Translations under genes and position numbers: made by a program
Source: Verrucomicrobiales bacterium
GTDB lineage: Bacteria; Verrucomicrobiota; Verrucomicrobiia; Verrucomicrobiales; V1-33
Reading direction: 5' to 3'
NCBI GenBank assembly: GCA_031411295.1
Contig: JANOAV010000182.1
Coordinates: forward strand, 1 to 39,200
DNA length: 39,200 bases
Notes under the pieces: generated by a model
What the model was told of the DNA's origin: nothing
The model's input: only the letters and a program-made list of their open reading frames with translations
Databases searched by the model: none
Part shown: piece after piece, positions 20,401-29,500 of the stretch
Numbering within the stretch: position 1 is the stretch's first letter
How the letters are laid out: every line of letters starts with the position of its first letter

Positions 20401-21980
20401 TGCGGTGCCAAGGGTGGGGCTCCCGCAATGTCTGCTTCCCGGCGGGCCTGAACATAGAGCGCGGCCATCCCCGAGACATAGGCGCAGGCCATGGAGGTGC
20501 CGCTTTTCAACTCATACCCACCTCCGCGCTTGGTGCTCAGAATAGCGGTGCCCGGGGCTCCCACGTCCACCTTGGATGGACCAAAATTTGAAAATGGTGC
20601 CAATTGTCCATCCTGCGTCAGGGCGGCCACGGTCAGGATGTGGCCCAATTCCAGAGCCGCAGGAACAAAGGGAATCTCATCGATGTTATCCCCCTCCCGG
20701 GTTCCTCCCGCCGCCAACGAACCGTTCCCCGCAGCGACGCAGAACAAAACATCGTCCGCCTGCTCGAACGTCAACTGCACCCCAATGGGCGCACTCCCAT
20801 AGGCCCCCAGGGAAAGATTGCCGATATTCAGGTGGTTGCGGCTGGCGTAGGTTACGGCATCCTGGACATCGCTCCACAGCCCGCTGCCGTTGCTGCGCAG
20901 GGCTTTGATTGCCACCAGACTGACATTCCAACACACCCCTGCCATGCCGATGCCATTGTCTCCCTTGGCCCCAATGATCCCTGCCACATGAGTGCCGTGA
21001 CCGAAATCATCGGCCGGAACATTGTCATCATTTACGAAATCCCACCCGTGCACATCGTCGATCAATCCATTGCCGTCGTCGTCGATGCCGTTCGTTTCCT
21101 TGCCATTCCCTGACTCACCAGGATTGACCCAAATATTGTCCACCAAGTCTCCATGCGTCAGATCAATTCCGCTATCAATCACTGCTACCGTTACCGCACT
21201 ACTGCCGGTGGTTTGGTCCCAGGCTTCCGTGGCATCGATGTCAGCATTCACGGTGCCGGCAAGGCCATTGACGGCCTGCCCCGTATTGTGCAACCCCCAT
21301 TGCTGAGTGAAAAGGGGATCATTCGGCACGGCACTGGGAAAGACATATCCGTCCGCACTTGCCCCCACCGCCACGGTTGCTAGCCGCTGCATGGTTTGGA
21401 TCGCCTGCGCCAGCGCATCCGCTTTGGAACCATCAAACGAAACCAGGCAACGTCGTGCTCCCAGTAACGTGCGCCGCACCTTATAACCCTCCGGCAAGGC
21501 TTGCCGCAGATCCGCTTCCGTCTTCCCGTCCTGCAGAAATACCACTACGTGATCCGCCGGCATCACCCGTCGTTCTATCAAGGTATTGTCCTCGATAGAG
21601 GCAATCTCTTCTATCCGCACATAACGATGCCTCGGAGTGGAGGCATCCGGCATTTCTCCCAACAGCACCCGGGCACGCAGGCCCTGCCCCACTGGACCTG
21701 GGCTAGGAAAACTCAGTTGGGAAACTTCCTCGAAACTGGCCTGCAATACGAACCCTTCCGGGATTGGATTTGTTCCATGAGTGGGAGGTCGCACCGTGGA
21801 CCAACTGTCAGACCGGGGTAAGGGGTCGGTCGGGATGGGGTTTTTGCCACCAGGCATCGTGGACTGGGGCGGTTCCGAGACGAACCTGTGATCAGACAAA
21901 ATTCCGATCAGACCCAGCAGGGTAAGGCATACCAGGGCAAATTTTCGGGTGGAAATGGGCGGTAATTGATTTGGAGGCAT
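17457..21980 (-). CDS. S8 subtilisin-like serine peptidase-RCC1 repeat fusion (paralog A')
   Basis: Same architecture: VAVIDSG, HGTHVAG, AAGN, GTSMACAY; RCC1 repeats (ALLANGTVWAWGSNNGELG, GYTHLLALRADGTITSYG); the shared C-terminal domain. Confidence 0.92.
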   Translation of the reverse strand: MPPNQLPPISTRKFALVCLTLLGLIGILSDHRFVSEPPQSTMPGGKNPIPTDPLPRSDSWSTVRPPTHGTNPIPEGFVLQASFEEVSQLSFPSPGPVGQGLRARVLLGEMPDASTPRHRYVRIEEIASIEDNTLIERRVMPADHVVVFLQDGKTEADLRQALPEGYKVRRTLLGARRCLVSFDGSKADALAQAIQTMQRLATVAVGASADGYVFPSAVPNDPLFTQQWGLHNTGQAVNGLAGTVNADIDATEAWDQTTGSSAVTVAVIDSGIDLTHGDLVDNIWVNPGESGNGKETNGIDDDGNGLIDDVHGWDFVNDDNVPADDFGHGTHVAGIIGAKGDNGIGMAGVCWNVSLVAIKALRSNGSGLWSDVQDAVTYASRNHLNIGNLSLGAYGSAPIGVQLTFEQADDVLFCVAAGNGSLAAGGTREGDNIDEIPFVPAALELGHILTVAALTQDGQLAPFSNFGPSKVDVGAPGTAILSTKRGGGYELKSGTSMACAYVSGMAALYVQARREADIAGAPPLAPHPADIRSTLQICVKRQPVRLTDRCATEGSINASRVTMQGKALSRWRHLSARAPRMAPFEAPSTAEGDFNALGGFRQILPKGGVTGWGSGIAVPQSIPLGQDMLSLPAHVKCDLMIDMDLHVWAPATMVLPGHNGAITGPHYRYSQLENVVDVFSDNNVHLFLTTSGQLYSAGMDANAFTGRHAYGDAANASLGLISLPAPVRWIGGGTEAYFALLANGTVWAWGSNNGELGLGHIELVSLPTQVTGLPYIHAMFASSFGAFAIAAGDQVWGWSARERWLAAKNKNTGGLGNGTLADVIAPVRIPAWDGARFFAMGEGDGMTVAVHRDGRVLASGGDPVFWNAASAITVPLVVPGITDAALAAMVSDYSETLVVTRRGNVVQLGTTPYRSFVGSGLKTLSPLASELPNQGLLWELAVGYEKDLAGSDFCALEVENRSHSWGDNTRGGTGTGVASSYSKPVEIPSLRGCTAVAADSMATTAAMNSGRISLWGRIIRNGLVDYGVEVEYPNLMNVTRITFSSQNKYDGTDPALLLPDQFATRDAQGHVFIHPSSGSDLTPWQVSGISNAIDLAAPAIAERQNTMGILTSDGHVWAMDFPAITGRPVQDITGTAGNASPFIAIAPGAFPAAAQAGAVMLDRRIYLLKANGTVWSYRATGPVATGATLASSSLDYRQVSGLTNVTAIVGSGFLAALRSDGSVWRVYEYPGFPSYAQELIGFSQLGQSPVVKLAAGYTHLLALRADGTITSYGYDVYGQLGTGALNTEDLVARPVYGISDAVEIFASEFQSYVRRADGSMFGWGRNSDGQLLRESRVFDSQRTLAYGVSNQVQNSGTDLSDWLTTYFSRAELGSINISGDEADPDRDGLTNLMEYALGSDPKVASDLQGEAVGLTASFETVSSEGLSADGTGTATGERHFTVKLKRRAKRPGIEYRIEFSDDMEHWTASTSRLIKVLESEKVLIYRDVDPLGVAAHRWARLVIRKGN

Positions 21981-22005
21981 AAAGCGATAGTGGTTACTAA
22001 TGTCC

Positions 22006-22031
22006 TACGCAAATCCCGAGCTAGCGTGACA
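22006..22031 (-). promoter_or_regulatory. ECF-sigma-type promoter TGTCAC-N16-CGTA upstream of paralog A'
   Basis: Identical -35 hexamer and 16-nt spacing to the element at 30877-30902, while the spacer sequence itself is largely divergent. Confidence 0.6.
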
Positions 22032-22058
22032 GTTAGGCAGCGGATATTTTGAAATTAC

Positions 22059-22262
22059 TCAAGATTTCCGGGTCGGCTTGGCTGCTGCCATTTCCAATTT
22101 TGCAGGGTCTGTGCGGCTAGGGTTCATTCTATTGTAAACCAGTCGTGCCTGTGCAGGGCCGGGGAGAACTACTGCGGCGCGTGATGCAGCAACGGCGGCT
22201 GGACGCACGCCGCTCCCAGTCACGCCCGCAACATTCATCAATCTTAAATCATCCATCATCAT
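22059..22262 (-). pseudogene. Truncated duplicate of the 5' region of the CotH/LTD gene
   Basis: MMMDDLRLMNVAGVTGSGVRPAAVAASRAAVVLPG versus MNTDLRLMNAAGVNGSGVLPAAIAKPCQAEALPG. By hand, 22159-22250 aligns ungapped to 12964-13055 at about 75/92 identity, after which similarity stops. Confidence 0.75.
22235..22262. repeat. Degenerate heptamer tandem repeat, copy 3
   Basis: tcatcaa tcttaaa tcatcca tcatcat. Confidence 0.8.
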
Positions 22263-22266
22263 TTCA

Positions 22267-25200
22267 TCAGTTCCCCTTTCTAATAACTAAACGTGCCCAG
22301 CGACGCGATGTGACAGACAACGGTTCAACGTCTCGAAAAATCACCGTTTTTTCCGATTCCAAGACCTTCAGCAAGCGCGTCGGGGACGACGTCCAGTTCA
22401 CCATGTCATCGGAGAACTCCACCCGATACTCAATTCCCGGCCGCTTCGCCCGGCGTTTCAGTTTTACTGTGAAATGCAACTCGCCAGATGCGTTGCCATT
22501 CCCATCCGCCGACAAGGCCTCAGAGGACACTGTTTCAAAAGAACAGGTCAATCCAGCATCATCCTCATCTCCATCGCTTGGCACCGTCGGGTCGGAACCC
22601 AGGGCATATTCCACCAAATTCACCAGTCCATCCCGGTCCGGGTCTGCTTCATCCCCGCTGATGTTGATGCTGCCCAAGTCTTCCTCGGAGAAATACTGCG
22701 CCAACCAGTCGCCCAGAGTTACGGCTACGGAAACCTCATCGCTGAACCCGAAGGCGAGGGTGGGTGTGGGAGCGGTGCTATCGCTGAGATCGCCCAGCGC
22801 CCCACCAGTGTTGTTGCCCCAGGCCCAGACGCTGCCGTCGGCCCGTTTGACAAACCACTTGTCATCCCCGGACCAGACGTCCACGGCATCGTTGAATTCT
22901 GGAACAATGTAGGATTGGGATGCATTGAATTCGTTGTCAGCAACCGCAGGCCCCGCACGATAGGCTCCGAAGAACGTCACTGTGCCATCGGCGTGGAGCG
23001 CCAGATTGCCATTCATTTTCACAATCGGAGCGCGTGGCAACACGGTGGAGGCGAGAGGAATCGGAACCTCGACATAAGCGATGTCGCCATCTGCCGCAGG
23101 ATAAAACCATGGCGCATTATCCGGCCAGCGGAACACCCGTCCATCCTGAGTTCGAATGTAAGTGCCGTTCACCAGTTCCGCCACGGGAGGGGACGCGATC
23201 ACGCGAGGTTTCCAGTCTGGTGAGCCGTCGGGGTTCTTGATCCACTCCGCTGCAGGATTTCCTTCCCAAATAGGATACCCCCCATCAGGCCTTGCCGTAG
23301 AGACCACTCCATCTGATCGCTGAACCAGTATTCCATACCCCCCGTCCACTACTTGAACTATATTGGCAGGCGAAGGCCATGGGCATCCAATGATCGGTAA
23401 GTTTTGCAAATCAACTAGATCCCCACTCAAAGTAATTCCAATAGGTCGATCCCAGTTGCGAATCCGGGTTGTGTAAGATTGGAAAAGGAGTCCTGCGGTT
23501 GGTGCAAGCATTTGAATTCCGCTGTGGATCAAACTTCCATCCAGTCCGGTAACCGTTTCATCAGTATGGCGAACAAATACCCCGAAGCCGTTTAACATTC
23601 CCGATTTGCGAATTTGGACAGCATTGTTTAATAGCGGCAACCGATACATGGTGCCACCGACAGGAGAGTTTCCGACCGGGCCAAAACCAATGCCATTTCC
23701 ATCCTGAAAAACAGCCAACGTTGCCCCTATTGCGGTTCCATTGTAACCGTTTGCGGGATCAATAATGAGCGCGCCGTCTAGCAGCGGAATCGCGTGAGGA
23801 CGGATAATCGTGGATAATTGGCCATTTGTGTCCCCGAGACCCCGCACACCTGCAATGTCCTGCCCCCAACTGAAACTTGATCCATCGCTCAATAAAGCCA
23901 CGCTAGTTAGGGAACTCAGGACAACCTCCAACACGGGTAGCGGGGATGGAACCTGGAGCACTTGAGGCGAACGTCCCAATCCTGGGTTCATATAATGCCC
24001 GCTCGATCCCCATTCAAAAACCCTCCCGCGGTTGTCCCATGCTACAGCACAATCTCCCAATGCCAAGGCTTCGATGTGACCGACGAGACCAGGGATCGAA
24101 ATTGGCGTTACTGAAGCGGTCAGTGCTTCGCTTCCAAATAGCCCAAGGGATGTTGATCCACACGCTTTAACGCCTCCGTCATTCATGATCGCCATCACCA
24201 GCGATGGTTCATTGGTGCTGAAGTAAAATGAATGTGCTCCGGCCCACAGCGGGAGAGCTCGTGGGGTGACAACTTCATCGGATAAACCCGTTCCTAAAAG
24301 CCCCAAAAGATTGGTCCCCCACCCGTAAACCTCGCCAGAAGTCGCGATACAGAGGGTATTCAATCCGTTTGTGTGGATGCTCGCGATGGGGGGCAGGCCT
24401 TCAATTTCCTGTAACAACACCAGGCCAAATTCCCCAAAATCCATTGAGAAAACTCGTCCATCTTGCAACACGGCATAGTAGCGTGTGGCACTGTTGCCAA
24501 AATCACCGCCGACAACCATACGAATGTTTTCGGCACTGTGGATGTTTTCAGAATTCATACCGTAAATTTTGCCTGCCAAAGTCTGCACCGATGACGCTCC
24601 GACGAAAACTGCTGGATCTTCCGAGTTCACGACCCAATTTTCGAAATTTCGGTCGGGTCGACCATTGATTCCTATCCAATGAATCCCAGCTCCAGTGAGT
24701 GGATTACAGAAAATTGCGAGGGCCGAAACATACCCGTCACCATCATCATACGGACTTGGCTCATTGCTACCAGAATTCCCCCAATAGACCAAAGCTCCCG
24801 TGTTTCCTATTTGGTAAATATCACTGGTATCCGCCGCGAGCTGCCGCCAATCCTGCCCACTCCCAGCCCACACCAAGGAACGCCACATCCAAACCCGCCC
24901 ACCCGTAGCGCTCGTCGCGGGTTCATGGCCACGCTGCTTGGAACAAACCTGCAGCATCTGCCGCAATTGCAGCGAATAGGCATCCACCCGCTTCGACCGC
25001 ATCAACGCAGCCGTGCCGGACACAAACGCACAGGCCATGCTCGTGCCACTCTTGCTGGCGTAATTACCGCCGGGCATGGTGCTGAGAATCCCCACCCCAG
25101 GCGCGGCAATGTCCACGGAGGCCCGACCGTAATTGGAAAATTCCGCTAGGAAATTGGCACTCGCATCCGCCGTGTGAGCCGCCACTGAAATGAGATGTCC

Positions 25201-26550
25201 GGCTGGCAAGCCTGCGGGCATGAAGGGAATCTCGTCAATGTTGTCCCCCACAATGGAGCCCGAATCCCGCAACGCGCCATTGCCCGCCGCACAGCAGAAG
25301 AGCACGTTGTCCGCCTGCTCGAAAGCGGAGTTCACAAACAGGGGGGCGGCTCCGTAGGCACCGAACGAGCAGTTCGCGATCGGTAGGCCCAGGCGGGAAG
25401 CATAATTGACTGCGTCCACGATGTCCGACCAAATGCCGCCTCCGCGATTGGTCAGTGTTTTCATCGGCACCAGGCTCACATTCCAGCACACGCCGGAGAT
25501 GCCGATCCCATTGTTTCCCTTGGCTCCGATGATCCCCGCCACATGCGTGCCATGCCCAAAATCATCCATCGCATCATTGTCATCGTTGGCGAAATCATGT
25601 CCGTGCACGTCATCGGCAAACCCACTGTTGTCATCATCCAGTCCGTTCGTGGCTTTATCATTTCCCAAGGCATCCAGGCCCGTTTCCCCTGGATTCGTCC
25701 ACAGATTCGGAGCCAGATCCGGATGCAAATAATCCATCCCCGAATCAATGATCGCCACCGCCACGGAACTCGATCCCGTGCCCAGTGCCCACGCCTCCGG
25801 CGCATCCATGTCCCGCTGCGTCTCCGCGTCATTTTCCACCGGACTCTGCAGCGCCCACTGTTGTGGGAACATGGGGTCATTTGGACAAATGCGGTTGGCT
25901 CCGGCACCCGCGGAAAACACATACCCATCGGCCGTGGCCGCATTCACCAGCAGTTTCATCCCCTGCAACTTCTGCAACGCCCCCGGCAACGCCGAATCAT
26001 CCTTTGCCTCAAACCCAATCAAATACCGCCCTTCCGTCAGCAACTTCCTCCGCACCACCAATCCCTCCGGCAAAGCCGCCCGCAACTCCGCCTCCGTTTT
26101 CCCCTGGTGCAAAATCACCGCCACATGATCCGCCGGCATCACCCGGCGTTCCACCAACCGATTCTCCTTAATGTTCGCCATTTCCTCAATGCGGACAAAT
26201 TTGTGCCGTCCAGTAGCACCGGAAATTTCACCCAGCAGCACCCGGGCGCGCATCCCTGAGGCCACTGGAGCCGGGGTGGGAAAGGCCAGTCGCGCTACAT
26301 CTTCGTAAACCGCAGTTTGCACGAAGCCGTCGGGAATCGGATTCGTCCCATGATTCGCTGGCTTCACCCCCGACCATGGAGGCAGAGTTACAACCTGGGT
26401 TGAGACGACGGGCTCAGCAGTCTTCACTGATTCAGGTTTAGCCGCAATTGTCGCCCGCTGTGCCTGATCAGTGAACCACACCCCCAGCAAAAAAAGCAGC
26501 AGCAACACCACCCTGGTGCCGATGCGAGAAATTCTGTCTTTGGTTTTCAT
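22267..26550 (-). CDS. S8 subtilisin-like serine peptidase-RCC1 repeat fusion (paralog B)
   Basis: VAIIDSG, HGTHVAG, AAGN, GTSMACAF; degenerate RCC1 repeats (GEVYGWGTNLLGLLG, RADGSVWAWGNNTGGALG); the shared C-terminal domain. Confidence 0.92.
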   Translation of the reverse strand: MKTKDRISRIGTRVVLLLLFLLGVWFTDQAQRATIAAKPESVKTAEPVVSTQVVTLPPWSGVKPANHGTNPIPDGFVQTAVYEDVARLAFPTPAPVASGMRARVLLGEISGATGRHKFVRIEEMANIKENRLVERRVMPADHVAVILHQGKTEAELRAALPEGLVVRRKLLTEGRYLIGFEAKDDSALPGALQKLQGMKLLVNAATADGYVFSAGAGANRICPNDPMFPQQWALQSPVENDAETQRDMDAPEAWALGTGSSSVAVAIIDSGMDYLHPDLAPNLWTNPGETGLDALGNDKATNGLDDDNSGFADDVHGHDFANDDNDAMDDFGHGTHVAGIIGAKGNNGIGISGVCWNVSLVPMKTLTNRGGGIWSDIVDAVNYASRLGLPIANCSFGAYGAAPLFVNSAFEQADNVLFCCAAGNGALRDSGSIVGDNIDEIPFMPAGLPAGHLISVAAHTADASANFLAEFSNYGRASVDIAAPGVGILSTMPGGNYASKSGTSMACAFVSGTAALMRSKRVDAYSLQLRQMLQVCSKQRGHEPATSATGGRVWMWRSLVWAGSGQDWRQLAADTSDIYQIGNTGALVYWGNSGSNEPSPYDDGDGYVSALAIFCNPLTGAGIHWIGINGRPDRNFENWVVNSEDPAVFVGASSVQTLAGKIYGMNSENIHSAENIRMVVGGDFGNSATRYYAVLQDGRVFSMDFGEFGLVLLQEIEGLPPIASIHTNGLNTLCIATSGEVYGWGTNLLGLLGTGLSDEVVTPRALPLWAGAHSFYFSTNEPSLVMAIMNDGGVKACGSTSLGLFGSEALTASVTPISIPGLVGHIEALALGDCAVAWDNRGRVFEWGSSGHYMNPGLGRSPQVLQVPSPLPVLEVVLSSLTSVALLSDGSSFSWGQDIAGVRGLGDTNGQLSTIIRPHAIPLLDGALIIDPANGYNGTAIGATLAVFQDGNGIGFGPVGNSPVGGTMYRLPLLNNAVQIRKSGMLNGFGVFVRHTDETVTGLDGSLIHSGIQMLAPTAGLLFQSYTTRIRNWDRPIGITLSGDLVDLQNLPIIGCPWPSPANIVQVVDGGYGILVQRSDGVVSTARPDGGYPIWEGNPAAEWIKNPDGSPDWKPRVIASPPVAELVNGTYIRTQDGRVFRWPDNAPWFYPAADGDIAYVEVPIPLASTVLPRAPIVKMNGNLALHADGTVTFFGAYRAGPAVADNEFNASQSYIVPEFNDAVDVWSGDDKWFVKRADGSVWAWGNNTGGALGDLSDSTAPTPTLAFGFSDEVSVAVTLGDWLAQYFSEEDLGSINISGDEADPDRDGLVNLVEYALGSDPTVPSDGDEDDAGLTCSFETVSSEALSADGNGNASGELHFTVKLKRRAKRPGIEYRVEFSDDMVNWTSSPTRLLKVLESEKTVIFRDVEPLSVTSRRWARLVIRKGN

Positions 26551-26554
26551 TGGC

Positions 26555-26590
26555 TCTTCAATTCATCAATCTTAAATCATCCATCATCAA
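26555..26590. repeat. Degenerate heptamer tandem repeat, copy 4
   Basis: tcttcaa t tcatcaa tcttaaa tcatcca tcatcaa; the spacer is nearly identical to 17413-17456. Confidence 0.8.
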
Positions 26591-26595
26591 TTCGC

Positions 26596-29500
26596 CTAGT
26601 TTCCCTTCCTAATAACTAAACGGGCCCAGCGACGCGGTGTGACAGACAACGGCTCAATATCCCGATAAATCACCGTTTTCTCCGACTCCAAGACCTTCAA
26701 CAACCTCGTGGGAGACGACGTCCAGTTCACCATGTCATCCGAAAACTCCACCCGATACTCAATCCCCGGTCGCTTCGCCCGGCGTTTCAGTTTCACGGTG
26801 AAATGCAACTCCCCAGACGCATTCCCATTCCCGTCGGCCGAGAGGGCCTCAGAGGACACTGTTTCAAAAGAACAGGTCAATCCAGAATCCTCACCGTCTC
26901 CGTCGCTTGGCTCAGTAGGGTCCGACCCCAGGGCATATTCCACCAAATTCGTCAGCCCATCCCGATCCGGGTCGGCTTCGTCTCCACTGATGTTGATCGC
27001 AGCGAGTTCTTCGCGCGAGAAGTAGGTCGTTAGCCAGTCTGCAAGCACGGTGCCGGTATTCTGCACGACCGTGGACACACCACCGGAGCCGAGAATGGGG
27101 ACCGGGGCGGCTTCCTTGTTGGTGTAATTGCCGAGGCGGCCGTCATTCCGGCCCCAACCCCAGACGGAGCCGTCCGCCCGGAGGGCAAAGGAACTGGCTT
27201 CACCCGCCCATATTTTAATTGCGTCAGCAATGCCAAACACTTCTCCCACAGAAGTTGCTACCGGAATGCTGCCAGTGCCCAGTTGGCCACTGCTCCCTTC
27301 GCCCCATGCAGTGATTGATCCATCTGTGCGCAACGCGAGCCAGTGCGTAAGGTCAGGAGAGGTTGTGATAGTCACAAATGGGGCTGCGATTCCTCCTGGC
27401 CTGGCAGCGGCCAGCCAGAGGGAAGAGGCCTGCGGCCAGTTGATTTTCCACACGCTGCCATCGGTTAATAAAACATACTCCGAAGCCAACTCCACAACCC
27501 CCGTTACGTCTTCAATCTGCTCCAACATGTCGAAGGTGCCGCCGCCGAGGTTTCTGAACTGCCAGAGAGTTCCGGTGTCCGTGAGTATCAGGGCGGCTGG
27601 ATGGCCTCCAGCGTAATGCAGTCCGGCACCGCAGCGGCACACCGCCTTCACGTTCCCCACCTCCAGAGGCAGGTCAAAAAGGCTGCTGGGGGCTCCGGCA
27701 GCGGTGCCACTGCTGCGCTGCCACACGCGGCCATCCGCTGCGGTGAAGGCATAATCTTCCTCAGCCAGCTTGGCCATCTGACGGATGCCTGCGGGGAGGT
27801 TCACAGCGGAAAAACCGATCGGGTCGGCCAATGCTCGGAACCAAACGCCCCCAGAGGAATCGCGCACATAACCATCCATGCTCTTGGCCGCCGACAACAT
27901 GCCGGGGGGCAGCGTAGGCTGAATAATGTCTGCGATCCCGCTGCTGCCAGCATTGCGCCAATAGCTGAATGCGGTATCGCCACCGCTGCGCCACAGAAAA
28001 GGAGTGGACAGTCCACTGTCCACAAAGCCAAGCGCCGTGGAGGCCTTTCCGAAATAGGATAATTCCACTGGTCGCGACACCACATCCGCCCGGCCGTCCC
28101 CCCGCAGTCCGCCCGCACTGCCCCACGTTTGGATTTCCCCATTGGTAAGCCGTGCGCTGCCCACTCCGTCTGCGTAACGCGCGAACTCGACCGCCGAAGC
28201 CCCCAGCTGGATTTCGGGTCCGGATGGCAGCCCTGATCGGATCGTCGAGTATCCGGTGTCGAAGCAATCTCCTTTGCGATCCAACACCAAATTGCGCAGC
28301 ACTGCCCGGTCAAAAAAGCGGCTTCCCGCCGGGATCGATGGGTCCAGTTGCGCCCCAACCCCGGTGCCGCTGGCGGGAGCAGTCCACACTCGACCATCAC
28401 TGGCAATGCTCCGCGCAATTTCACGGTGTGATCCCACCGCCAGACTGCCGTCAAAGTGGGGGAGTCGCTGCGGAGTCCGCACCCACTGAGGTGAGCCAGA
28501 GAGGCCCAGGCCAGGGTAGGCTAGCGAACTCCAACCGTAGGCCAGTCCGCTGGAATCCAGTGCTAATACCGTTCCTGTTTCCCGGTCCACACTCAGCTGT
28601 CTAATCGCTGGCAAAGGGCTAATCTGCACTGGTGTGGGAACATCGGCCGTTCCCGCGCCCAGTCCGAGGTTATTTGCGGCATCCCACCAGGCATACACGG
28701 AGCCCGTTGCAGTTCTGGCATAGGCTCCAGATAGCGTCTCAGCAATCTGGACCGCCCCGGACAGCCCGGGCACCTGGGTCAATGGTGGTCGTCCCCCGGC
28801 CGAAAACGGGTCCCGCAGGGAATACCAAACGGTGCCATCGTCACGCAGCAGCAGTCGGGGCGTGGCGGCAATGATGCCGATCGCCCCGTCCACCTGAAGG
28901 TAGCCGGGCGAGCCACCGGCCATGGTTGGAAAGGGCAACGGAGCGACCCCGGGATCTCCGCGATCATAGATCCACACTCGGCCATCCTTGCCTAGGATGG
29001 TCGCAAAATTCACTTCGAATCCCTCTTCCAGCGTCACTGCATTGTCGATTCCTGGAACGATCCCTGGGACTTCGGTCCCCGTGGCATACACCCCATCCCA
29101 CATTTGCACCCGTCCGTTGGGCAGAATGGCCGAGGCCCTTCCCAGCATGTGGCGGTCCAGATTCAGTCGGGCGTATCGGACCACCTCGGCCGCATCCACC
29201 TGCCCCTCCGTGAGACACTGGCCGCTGGCCCGTGGACTGCGGCGGACGGAAAGTTCCAGTATTTTCCGGAGCGTCACTGGCGGAGCACCGGGTTGGTGTT
29301 CCAGTGCCAACGCTGCGGTTCCTGACACAAAGGCTGCCGCCATCGAAGTGCCGGATTTGTATTCATAACCGCCTCCGGCTTTGGTGCTCAAGATTTGCAC
29401 TCCGGGTGCCAGCACGTCCACCTTTCCTCCTCCATAGTTCGAAAATGGCGCCAGCGCAAAGCTCTGCCCCACCGCCCCGATCGCGATGATGTGCCCGACC

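Noticed and set aside
13040..26590. CRISPR array or integron attC sites at the gene junctions
   Set aside because: The repeats are kilobases apart, are not palindromic with attC-type ends, and no cas or integrase gene is present.
22145..27025. Similar plus-strand ORFs at 22145-22912, 26708-27025 and 17572-17886
   Set aside because: They are antisense shadows of the conserved protease C-termini. Their similarity just reflects the duplicated DNA.
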